Shown here: piece after piece, positions 16,771 to 25,461 of the stretch | Layout: each line of letters begins with the position of its first letter | How positions within the stretch are numbered: position 1 is the first letter of the stretch | Assembly (NCBI GenBank): GCA_035623825.1 | Contig: DASPSR010000014.1 | Coordinates: forward strand, 1-26,009 | DNA: 26,009 nt | DNA from: Nitrospirota bacterium | GTDB lineage: Bacteria; Nitrospirota; UBA9217 | Reading direction: 5' to 3' | Program-made: the position numbers and the translations under genes | The notes under the pieces: model-generated | Told to the model about the DNA's origin: nothing | Databases searched by the model: none | Seen by the model: only the letters and a program-made list of their open reading frames with translations

Positions 16771-18594
16771 ATGACCAAGGCAACAGAACGGCATAACACG
16801 GCTTACCCAGAAGGAGGGCTGGCACAAGGGCCTTCTCTCAATAAATATCGATTGTTCCAGCTCCTGACCATCATAGCGATGTCTTGTGCGGTCTATAGCA
16901 ACGCCATCCGTAACGGGTTTGTCTACGACGACATCCCCCAGGTGGTGCAGAACCCGTGGATCAGAGAGGCGCGGTTCGTCAAGGAGATATTTTCCACCAA
17001 TGTATGGGCATTTCAGGGAATCAGCACCAACTATTACCGGCCCCTTATGCACATCAGCTTCATGCTGAGCTATTATCTCTTTGGTCTCGCACCTTGGGGA
17101 TTCCATGTGGTGAATATCCTGCTCCATGCCGGCGTTGCCGCCCTGGTACTTCTCATCTCCTCCCGGCTGCTTCGGACGGCCGAACCGTCAGCATCTTTGT
17201 TTTCCCGTTCCCTTCCCTTCCTCGCGGCCGTCCTGTTCGCTGTCCACCCTATTCATACCGAAGCCGTCGCCTGGATTGGGGGTGTCACCGACCTCTGTTT
17301 CAGCCTGTTCTTTCTGCTCGCACTTTATCTGTATATCCTCTCCACTGATAGGGGCGCCCATCAGAGGGGCCTTTACCTTCTTTCCGTGGCGTCCTTCTTT
17401 CTCGCAACCCTCTGCAAAGAGCCGGCCCTGACCTTCCCTCTCATACTTGCTGCATACGACTACGCCTACAGCAGGGAAGCGCTCCGGCCCCTGGATTATC
17501 TGAGAAGATATTCCCCCTATCTGGGAGCTGCAGCCGTCTATTTCATTCTGAGGGCCAATGCTCTCGGCGGATTTGCGCCAGTCAGGCGTCACGGCGAGTT
17601 GAGCGCTTATGAATACCTGATCAATGTCTTTCCCCTGTTCAGGCAGTATATGGGAAAGCTTCTCCTGCCGTCACATCTTAACGCCTACCACGTTTTTTTG
17701 CCGATCTCATCCATCTTTGAGCCGAACGGCCTGCTCTCCCTGGCAATAACCGTGGTCTTCGTCGGCATCATGCTGCTGGCCTTGAAAAAGAGCAAACCGG
17801 CTTTTTTCGCCCTTGTCCTGGTGCTGGTGCCATTGCTGCCGGCCCTTTACATCCCGGGTGCCGGTGACAACACCTTCGCCGAGCGATACCTCTATCTTCC
17901 GTCCGTCGGCTTTGTAATGCTTGTTGCTCTCATGGCGGGGCGGGTCGTGCAGCAGGAGCCGCGGCGGTCTTTCCCCCTGGCAGCGGTCCTCGTGTTCTTC
18001 GCCGTGAGCTATTCCTTTGGTACGGTGCAGAGAAACGGCGTCTGGAAAGATGATGAAAGCCTCTGGCGCGACGTGGTGCAGCATTCTCCGAACAGCGCGG
18101 TGCCCCACTACAATCTTGCTTGCGCCCTGAATGCACGGGGACGGATCGACGAAGCGATAGGGGAATATCAGGCAGCCATCAAGATCCAGCCGGCAGTCGT
18201 TGCCTATACGAGCCTCGGCGCGGCCTACCAGTCAAAGGGACTCTTCAACGAAGCCATAGAACAGTACGAACTTGCCGTGCGGCTGCAGCCAGGCGATGTC
18301 AATGCCCGCACTTTCCTCGCGGCTGCCTACGCAGAGTCGGGCGCACTGGACAAGGCCATAGAACATTTTCGTATCGTGGTACAGCTGCAACCGGATTCCG
18401 CAAACGCCCAGTACGGCCTGGGGAGGGCGTACCTCGAAAAGGGGCAGCTTGAGGAGGCCATATCCCATCTGCGGTCCGCCGTGCAGCTTGATCCTGATGA
18501 ACCGCTATTCGGCAACGCTCTGGATATGGCGTTATTGTTGCGAAAGCCGGCTAACCGACAGGGCGGCAAAGCCGGAAGCGTGGCGGGGGAATAA
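16771..18594 (+). CDS. TMTC-like GT-C membrane glycosyltransferase with about 4 C-terminal TPRs (paralog 1)
   Basis: FVYDD after TM1, YYRPL, FAVHPIHTEAV, CKE, AERYLYLP, RNGVWKDD..LW, then TPRs. ATG 16771 follows GAGGA; alternative start 16729. Confidence 0.88.
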   Translation: MTKATERHNTAYPEGGLAQGPSLNKYRLFQLLTIIAMSCAVYSNAIRNGFVYDDIPQVVQNPWIREARFVKEIFSTNVWAFQGISTNYYRPLMHISFMLSYYLFGLAPWGFHVVNILLHAGVAALVLLISSRLLRTAEPSASLFSRSLPFLAAVLFAVHPIHTEAVAWIGGVTDLCFSLFFLLALYLYILSTDRGAHQRGLYLLSVASFFLATLCKEPALTFPLILAAYDYAYSREALRPLDYLRRYSPYLGAAAVYFILRANALGGFAPVRRHGELSAYEYLINVFPLFRQYMGKLLLPSHLNAYHVFLPISSIFEPNGLLSLAITVVFVGIMLLALKKSKPAFFALVLVLVPLLPALYIPGAGDNTFAERYLYLPSVGFVMLVALMAGRVVQQEPRRSFPLAAVLVFFAVSYSFGTVQRNGVWKDDESLWRDVVQHSPNSAVPHYNLACALNARGRIDEAIGEYQAAIKIQPAVVAYTSLGAAYQSKGLFNEAIEQYELAVRLQPGDVNARTFLAAAYAESGALDKAIEHFRIVVQLQPDSANAQYGLGRAYLEKGQLEEAISHLRSAVQLDPDEPLFGNALDMALLLRKPANRQGGKAGSVAGE

Positions 18595-18599
18595 GCATA

Positions 18600-20426
18600 A
18601 TGACCGGTGGCATTGAGCAAAAAAGGACAGGCAACGTATTGTGGCTGCAGATAGCGGCTATCCTTCTGGTAAGCGTAGCCGTGTACTCCAACGCCGTCTT
18701 CAATGGTTTTGTGTCTGATGATTCATCACAGATAGTGGATAACCCCTGGATTAAAGACATAGGGCACCTCCCGGAAATATTTAGTAAAAGTGTCTGGAAC
18801 TTCCAAGGAAGCCTTTCTAATTATTACCGACCGCTCATGCATATTATTTTTATGCTGACTTACCACCTTTTTGGGCTGGCCTCATGGGGTTATCATGCGG
18901 TCAGTATCCTGTTTCACGCCCTGGCCTCGGTGCTTGTCTTCCTTATAACATCTAAACTTTTCAGGCAGTCTCGTCGCCGGATTTCCACTTCTGTTCTTAC
19001 ACCCCCGCTCATGGCCGCACTGTTATTTGCTACCCACCCCATCCATACGGAGGCAGTAGCGTGGGCATCGGCAATGCCTGAGCTGTCATTCACCTTATTC
19101 TTTCTCTTGTCGTTATATTTGTACACGCTCTCTTTTTCAGAAAATAACGCGGTATCCTATAACGGTAAGTTTCTTCTTTCCTTGGGAGCATTTTTCCTAG
19201 CCTCGCTGTGCAAAGAAACAGCCTTGACGCTCCCCATCATTCTGATGGCCTATGACTATGCTTTCCAAAATGGCCACCTCGTTCGCCGTCCAATGGAGGC
19301 GCTGAAACGTTACGTGCCTTTTATCCTCGTTGCCGGAGCTTACTTCCTGTTACGCTTTGGCGCCTTGGGCGGATTCGCACCGGATGCAAGTCGTCCCAAA
19401 ATAGACATCCAACAATTTGTCATCAATGTGTTTCCGCTGTTCGCGGGGTATCTTGAAAAAATGATCATCCCGGTAAAATTGAACGCTTTTTATATCTTCC
19501 ATCCCATCGAATCCATATTTGATACAAGGGGCGTCATCTCCCTTGCAGTCTCATTGGCGTTCATTTCATTTGTCCTTGTGGCTGCAAAGAAGGACAAAGC
19601 AGCCTTCTTCAGCCTTGTCCTGATCGGGATACCACTGCTCCCTGCCCTGTATTTCCCTGCAATCACGGGCAGTGTGTTCGGGGAACGATACCTCTACCTT
19701 CCCTCCTTTGGGTTCGTACTCCTGCTGGCGTTCTGGATCGATTGGGTCGGGGCCCGCAAGGAGAAATGGCTTTCCGTCACCGTAACCGGCGTCTTTGCCG
19801 CTTTGCTTTGTTTTTATTCCTTCGTGACGGTGAGCAGAAATGCCGTGTGGAAGGATGAATATACTTTTTGGACCGATACAGTGAAAAAATCACCGGATGG
19901 CGCGATACCCCATTACTGTCTGGGAACCGCTTTGCTGTCGCTTGGCAGGGTGGACGAAGCTATAGACCACCTCGAGTCCGCCTTAAGCCTACGGCCGACT
20001 TTGGACACTGAGGCGCGCGCACACAACAGCCTCGGGGTGGCGTACGCCAAGAAAGGATTGCTCAATAAGGCAATCGAAGAATTTTCAATCCGCTTAACAA
20101 TGGACCCCTATAATGCCATTATTCATACCAATATCGGGCAGGCCTATGTGGATTCAGGTTCAACAGATAAAGGTATCGAACATCTGCAAATCGCCTTGAC
20201 GCTAAAACCCGGGTTTGTCTCGGCCCATGAGAACCTGGGCATGGCTTACATGAAGAAGGGCTTGATAGACAAGGCAATCGAACAGCTTGAAACGGCCCTA
20301 CGATTGGAGCCCGGCGTTTCGAGGTATCACGCCAATCTTGCGAATGCCTATGAAATGAAAGGCTGGCATGAGAAGGCAGAGGAGCAGAGGCGCGCGGCAG
20401 CGAGCCTGATGAGGGGGGAAGAGTGA
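18600..20426 (+). CDS. TMTC-like GT-C membrane glycosyltransferase with about 5 TPRs (paralog 2)
   Basis: FVSDD, YYRPL, FATHPIHTEAV, CKE, GERYLYLP, RNAVWKDE..FW, then TPRs. Collinear with paralog 1. Confidence 0.88.
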   Translation: MTGGIEQKRTGNVLWLQIAAILLVSVAVYSNAVFNGFVSDDSSQIVDNPWIKDIGHLPEIFSKSVWNFQGSLSNYYRPLMHIIFMLTYHLFGLASWGYHAVSILFHALASVLVFLITSKLFRQSRRRISTSVLTPPLMAALLFATHPIHTEAVAWASAMPELSFTLFFLLSLYLYTLSFSENNAVSYNGKFLLSLGAFFLASLCKETALTLPIILMAYDYAFQNGHLVRRPMEALKRYVPFILVAGAYFLLRFGALGGFAPDASRPKIDIQQFVINVFPLFAGYLEKMIIPVKLNAFYIFHPIESIFDTRGVISLAVSLAFISFVLVAAKKDKAAFFSLVLIGIPLLPALYFPAITGSVFGERYLYLPSFGFVLLLAFWIDWVGARKEKWLSVTVTGVFAALLCFYSFVTVSRNAVWKDEYTFWTDTVKKSPDGAIPHYCLGTALLSLGRVDEAIDHLESALSLRPTLDTEARAHNSLGVAYAKKGLLNKAIEEFSIRLTMDPYNAIIHTNIGQAYVDSGSTDKGIEHLQIALTLKPGFVSAHENLGMAYMKKGLIDKAIEQLETALRLEPGVSRYHANLANAYEMKGWHEKAEEQRRAAASLMRGEE

Positions 20427-20582
20427 TTCAAGACCCGAAAAAATCAATTAAGGCCTGCGGTGACCTGCTGTGAACAAGAAGATGACACGGCATGCGATCA
20501 GCCATGACGGGATATGAGCAGGAAATGAAGGGCAAGCCGTAAGACGTTCCGACCCAAAAAGGACCGGAACCAGGGTTTCTCT

Positions 20583-21728
20583 ATGGCCAAGGGAAAATTA
20601 AGAGAATTCACTGTTTTTATGAAATACGCGACGGTCGGGGCGGTGGGGACTGCGCTGGACGTGGGATCGCTCTACGTTTTTGTCGATTTTCTGCACATTC
20701 CCGTTCTCGTGGCCGCAGCGATTTCCTTTATGCTTGCCGTTGTCAATAATTTCATCATGAACAAGATCTGGACGTTCCGGAACAATAGCCGCAATTTTAG
20801 GAAGCAGTTCATAAAATTCTTTATTGTGTCGGTAATCGGGCTTATTCTTACAGAAATCTGCATGGGTGTGTTCGTTTACCTTCTGGACATTTGGTATATC
20901 GCATCAAAACTCGCGACCTCGGTCATCGTATTGACCTGGAATTTTCTTGCGAACAAGAACTGGACGTTCACCGAGAAGGTCCGCCCTCGTCCCTCCGTCG
21001 AACAGTATGATTATGCCCTTACGATAGTGATCCCGGCTTTCAACGAAGCAAAACGCATAGAAAATACGCTCGAAGCCGTTCACCGTTATTTCGAACGCAA
21101 AGGCATCAAGCGGGAAATCATCGTCGTCGATGACGGCAGCAGCGACAACACCGCAGCGGTCGTGAACGCACTGGAAGCGAAGATCCACGATCTGCATTGT
21201 GTCCGCTATTTCCCCAATCGAGGGAAGGGGTACGCTGTCAAGAAAGGAGTGGAAAGGAGCCGAGGCGAGTATATCCTGTTTACCGATGCGGACAACTCGA
21301 CGCCGATCGAGGAGTTTGATAAGTTGTATCCTCTGCTGCCTCACGCCAAGGTAGTCATCGGGTCCCGCTATATGGCCGGCAGCGACGTAAAGATAAAGCA
21401 ACCGAAATACAGGATCCTTCTCGGCAGACTGGGGAACTTCCTCATCCAGGTTTTTCTCTTTGATGATATAAGGGACACCCAATGCGGGTTCAAGGCCTTT
21501 CAGCACAGGGCAGCAGAGGAGCTTTTCAGCCGCATGAAGGTCAACCGGTTCGGATTCGATATCGAGCTGCTGGCTATCGCATACCTGCTGAAGTATTCTG
21601 TACGCGAGGTTCCGGTAAACTGGTATAATTCTCCCGTGAGCAGGGTCAGGCCGATCAAAGACGCGCTTCGAACGTTCTCGGAGTTGCTCTATATAAAACT
21701 GAATCTGATGAGCGGACGGTATGAATAA
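20583..21728 (+). CDS. GtrA-like flippase domain fused to a GT2 polyprenyl-phosphate glycosyltransferase (Dol-P-Glc synthase-like)
   Basis: N-terminal 4-TM region (KYATVG...NNFIMNKIWTF...WNFLANKNWTF). C-terminal IVIPAFNE, VVDDGSSD, NRGKG, FTDAD, GSR, DTQCGFK and FDIELL. Confidence 0.92.
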   Translation: MAKGKLREFTVFMKYATVGAVGTALDVGSLYVFVDFLHIPVLVAAAISFMLAVVNNFIMNKIWTFRNNSRNFRKQFIKFFIVSVIGLILTEICMGVFVYLLDIWYIASKLATSVIVLTWNFLANKNWTFTEKVRPRPSVEQYDYALTIVIPAFNEAKRIENTLEAVHRYFERKGIKREIIVVDDGSSDNTAAVVNALEAKIHDLHCVRYFPNRGKGYAVKKGVERSRGEYILFTDADNSTPIEEFDKLYPLLPHAKVVIGSRYMAGSDVKIKQPKYRILLGRLGNFLIQVFLFDDIRDTQCGFKAFQHRAAEELFSRMKVNRFGFDIELLAIAYLLKYSVREVPVNWYNSPVSRVRPIKDALRTFSELLYIKLNLMSGRYE

Positions 21729-22779
21729 GGATGGCAACCGTGCAGACGAAGTCTCCGACGCGGGCGGAAAAGGCCCTTTAGCGTACAGACGGCTCGTGCG
21801 CGGGAATCAGAAGGCGCTCCGTGCAGCGAATAGCGCAAGCACGCAGTATGCGGGATGCTCCGGCGCTGGCGCTCGAATCCTGTTGGCCATCGTTATGATT
21901 GCCGTTCTGGCATCGGGGACATTCTTACGGAACAGGGTCTGGCGGAACAGCGTGCGTCTATGGGAGGACGTCGTAGAGAAAAGTCCGACAAAGGCGCGAC
22001 CCCATTATCAAATCGGTTTTTACTACGACAGGAAAGAACGCCTGAACGAAGCGATGCGGGAATACCAGACCGCCCTTCGGCTGGGGCCGGATCCCCTATC
22101 CGACCGGGCGCATAATAATCTCGGCAACATATACGGGAAACAGGGCCGGTATGGGGAGGCGATACGCGAATTTATGGCTATCCTTGCAGACAACCCCAGC
22201 GATTCCGCTGCGCATACCAACCTCGGCATCATTTACGCGAAGCAGGGACGCTCGGACGAGGCGCTCCGGGAATTCCAGGCTGCCACTCAAAGCGATCCCA
22301 AAGACGCCGCAGCGCATTACGCTTTCGGGAACGCATACCAGGAACAGGGACGCCTTGACGAGGCAATGCGTGAATATCATGCCGCCCTGCAACTCAGATC
22401 GGATTATGCTGATGCGCATAACAACCTCGGGTTGCTGTACGCAGAGCAGGGACGTTTTGCTGAAGCGATCCAGGAATTCCAGGCTGCAATAAATAACCAG
22501 CCTGAAAGTGCGGAAGCATACAACAACCTCGGAATCGTCCTCGCGGAACAGGGCCATTACGATGAGGCAATCCATTCGTTTCAGCTAGCGCTCCTGCGCG
22601 GACCTGAAAACGCCGAAGTGCACAAAAATATCGGGATCGTGTACGTCCGCCAGGGGCATCCCGAAGACGCCATACGGGAATTCCAGACTGCACTTCGCAT
22701 CGATCCCGGACACGCCGGCGTCCGTTCCTATCTGGAGAACGCGTACAAAGAATTACGAAGTGATCGCAGTATCAAATGA
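21721..22779 (+). CDS. Single-TM TPR protein corresponding to the C-terminal part of a TMTC-like protein
   Basis: One hydrophobic helix, RNRVWRNSVRLWEDVVEKSP, then 7 TPRs. No GT-C domain. Start uncertain. Confidence 0.85.
   Translation: MNKDGNRADEVSDAGGKGPLAYRRLVRGNQKALRAANSASTQYAGCSGAGARILLAIVMIAVLASGTFLRNRVWRNSVRLWEDVVEKSPTKARPHYQIGFYYDRKERLNEAMREYQTALRLGPDPLSDRAHNNLGNIYGKQGRYGEAIREFMAILADNPSDSAAHTNLGIIYAKQGRSDEALREFQAATQSDPKDAAAHYAFGNAYQEQGRLDEAMREYHAALQLRSDYADAHNNLGLLYAEQGRFAEAIQEFQAAINNQPESAEAYNNLGIVLAEQGHYDEAIHSFQLALLRGPENAEVHKNIGIVYVRQGHPEDAIREFQTALRIDPGHAGVRSYLENAYKELRSDRSIK
22059..22691 (+). repeat. TPR-coding internal repeats, 102-nt unit
   Basis: GGAATTCCAG(G/A)CTGC at 22269, 22473 and 22677 (204-nt spacing), with a variant at 22059. 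Confidence 0.8.
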
Positions 22780-22837
22780 TGCCGCCTCCAGGAGCGATAT
22801 CTGGTGGGATGAATTGCGGCGGCCGCAACCGGGAACT

Positions 22838-23953
22838 ATGAATAGTCGAGTAACGACACTTATTGCCCTCTGCCTGCTCCTCCTGTCCTGTGGTACAGGC
22901 CGTGCAGAAGAGTACGTGTGGAGTTTTGACAGGGGCGCTGATGCATTGCACTGGAAGGCTCTCAACGCGTCACCCGAGGTCACAGCAGCCGGCTTTTCCC
23001 TGGTCCGGCGGGATGAACCGTTCTGGTTTGTTTCACCTCAGAATCTCAATATTTCTCCCGGGCTTTCGTATGCAGAGTTCAGGCTCAAGGCCCCTGAAAC
23101 CTATCTGCGCGGGTATCTCATCGTGAAGACACGGGATGCCAGAAGTTGGGACGAGGAATTCACCCTGGGTCTGCCCGATACGTACCATGTCTACCGCATC
23201 AACATCCAGAAGGACAACAAGACCGGATCCCCCATTGACGCTATCGCATTCTCGTTCGGCGGCGTTGACCGTGTCTACATTGACTACGTCAAGATCTATG
23301 AACCATCGCCCGTTCAGCTCATTGCAGTCTATTGGGGAGAGTTCTGGAGCGTACCGTTTGCAAGCCCCTCAACCGTCAATTTCATCGAAACACCTCTGAT
23401 CGGGGATTATCCGTTCGTGGCACCGCTGTATGTCCTTCTCCTGGTCGTCGCGCTCTGTATGGTCGCCCTGCACAGGCCGGTTGCCAGGCAGTCGGTCGTG
23501 AAATCCCTCATCCTGGCATGCGTGGTGGCAGGGCTGCTGTTCGCCTTCCGGATGGATTATGGCTGGTACATGCAGTGGAGAGCGGACGGGTCATCGCTGG
23601 GTCAGAGAAGCGTTGATGAACGGATATCCCGAGTGGACGGCACGGGAGCATACGATTTCGCGCAAAGCCTGAAAAGAATCGTCCCTCCCGGCGCGACAGT
23701 AAGGATTTACGCCGGGACCCTTCAGGGCAAGGCGGGGATTCTCGAGGGCAAGGTCAGATACTATCTCCTTCCCGTGAAGGTGTCCGAAACCGCTCGGTAC
23801 ATAGCCGTCTTCAAGGACCCCGCTGTTTCCTACGATCCGGCCAAAAAATCACTGTCGAGAAACCACGAGATCGTGGCTCGGGATATAGAGCTGGTAACGT
23901 CCCTTGGCAAAGAAGGTTTTCTCTACAGATCCTCGGAGGGCGGCCATCCATGA
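22838..23953 (+). CDS. Hypothetical membrane protein with N-terminal exported domain, two TM helices and a C-terminal domain
   Basis: Signal or lipobox MNSRVTTLIALCLLLLSC, an aromatic beta-rich region ending VYIDYVKIY, and two TM helices. ATGA overlap with the next gene. Alternative GTG start at 22760. Confidence 0.8.
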   Translation: MNSRVTTLIALCLLLLSCGTGRAEEYVWSFDRGADALHWKALNASPEVTAAGFSLVRRDEPFWFVSPQNLNISPGLSYAEFRLKAPETYLRGYLIVKTRDARSWDEEFTLGLPDTYHVYRINIQKDNKTGSPIDAIAFSFGGVDRVYIDYVKIYEPSPVQLIAVYWGEFWSVPFASPSTVNFIETPLIGDYPFVAPLYVLLLVVALCMVALHRPVARQSVVKSLILACVVAGLLFAFRMDYGWYMQWRADGSSLGQRSVDERISRVDGTGAYDFAQSLKRIVPPGATVRIYAGTLQGKAGILEGKVRYYLLPVKVSETARYIAVFKDPAVSYDPAKKSLSRNHEIVARDIELVTSLGKEGFLYRSSEGGHP

Positions 23954-25389
23954 CGATCATGATGCTCGCATATGCTTTGGCGGTGCCAGCCACGACCGGG
24001 TTCCTGTTCGTCACCTGGTGCACCGGTTCAGAAGCCGGTCCGGGCGCCTTGGAGCGGCTCGTCCTCGGCTTCGGCATCGGCACCGGGATGATCACATTCG
24101 AAACGTTCCTTCTCGGGCTTGTCCGGATACCTTTGAGCAGTTCGGTTATCGCAAGCCTGCAGATCGCAACGGCGATTCTTCTCGGGTATCTCCTTTACCG
24201 GTCAGGAACACCTTGGCGGCGGCTTTTCGGACCTGCGGCTGCAGGTTCTGATTCGTCGTTTGCGTCAGCGAAGCACCTGGAACGGATCGTGATCCTTGTC
24301 CTCACCGCATGGGTCATCGCAAAGGTCCTGTTCGTTCTGTACGAGGGTTTTACCCTGCCGGAACACACGTCGGACAGCTGGGAACAGTGGAGTTCAGGCG
24401 CTAAATTCTTTTTTTACGAGAAAGGTCTCGCTCTTGATTCCGGGAATGAGCATTTTTTTGGAGCGGGCTATCTGAAAGTGCCGCGATATCCCCTGAATGT
24501 CCCCCTCATGCAGGTCTGGGTTTCTCTCTGCATCGGGGAAGCCAATGAAGTGTACATGAAGATATGGAATTCACTGTTTTTCATATGCATGATCGGCCTG
24601 CTTTTCCTTACTCTCCGAAAGAAAACATCCCTGATGATTGCGATTCTTGCCTCCTTCTTCCTTTCGACCGTTCCGCTGCTCACCTATCACGCGCTCGTCG
24701 CATATGCGGACCTGCCATTGAGCTTCTACGCCCTCTGCGCCATGGTCTCCTTCTGGGATACCATCGACGCCCTTGGGAGCGGACGTGTCGGCCGTGCCAG
24801 AGGTCTGCTCGTGCTCATGGGCACCTTTGCAGCGTTGTGCGTATGGACGAAGATGGAGGGCCTGTTCTTTGCAGCGGCCTTCTCCGCATCTCTGGGGCTC
24901 TATTGTCTGGTGAAAAAGATTCCGGTCAAGCAGGCCATGGTGTTTTTCGCTCCCCCTGCTCTCGTCACCGTGCCGTGGTATGTCTTTTTGCACAGCATCA
25001 ACGTCCCGGTAAGCTACGGCGAGGTCGGGCAGCTGGGCACAACCATCGCAAAGGGGATTCATTTCCAGGTCCTTCCGGTCATAGCAGAGCAGGTCCTGTT
25101 CTCGGCGAATTTCAACCTGATCTTTTTGTTCCTGACGCTGTTGGTCATCGCCGGATACCGGAGGATCGTGGCATCCAACCTTGTATATCTTTATGCGGCG
25201 TTGCTCTCCGTCATGGCGATGTTTCTTGTGCTGTATCTGGGCTCGGAAACGTATCGGTGGGTCCTGAACCTGACAGCGGTCAACCGGAACATCCTGACCT
25301 TCATCCCGATGTCGTACTATGTGGCGGCACTGACTGCCGGCAGGATTCTCGCGGGAGAGGCGCCGCCGACCGCGGATCTGGGAAAATGA
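23950..25389 (+). CDS. Polytopic membrane protein, probable GT-C (ArnT/PMT-like) glycosyltransferase without TPRs
   Basis: About 12-13 TM helices. Loop motif DSWEQW..AK, YPLNVP, YADLP, WTKMEG and a late NR. Confidence 0.75.
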   Translation: MTIMMLAYALAVPATTGFLFVTWCTGSEAGPGALERLVLGFGIGTGMITFETFLLGLVRIPLSSSVIASLQIATAILLGYLLYRSGTPWRRLFGPAAAGSDSSFASAKHLERIVILVLTAWVIAKVLFVLYEGFTLPEHTSDSWEQWSSGAKFFFYEKGLALDSGNEHFFGAGYLKVPRYPLNVPLMQVWVSLCIGEANEVYMKIWNSLFFICMIGLLFLTLRKKTSLMIAILASFFLSTVPLLTYHALVAYADLPLSFYALCAMVSFWDTIDALGSGRVGRARGLLVLMGTFAALCVWTKMEGLFFAAAFSASLGLYCLVKKIPVKQAMVFFAPPALVTVPWYVFLHSINVPVSYGEVGQLGTTIAKGIHFQVLPVIAEQVLFSANFNLIFLFLTLLVIAGYRRIVASNLVYLYAALLSVMAMFLVLYLGSETYRWVLNLTAVNRNILTFIPMSYYVAALTAGRILAGEAPPTADLGK

Positions 25390-25461
25390 AACCCCAAGAG
25401 AGGGCTTTTTCACCCTGCAAAGCGAATTTTGACCATGCCTCGGAGGAGCCGCACCGGCGAT

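Noticed and set aside
22059-22691. Regularly spaced repeats as a possible CRISPR array
   Set aside because: In-frame multiples of 102 nt that encode TPRs; repeats are degenerate and no cas genes are present.
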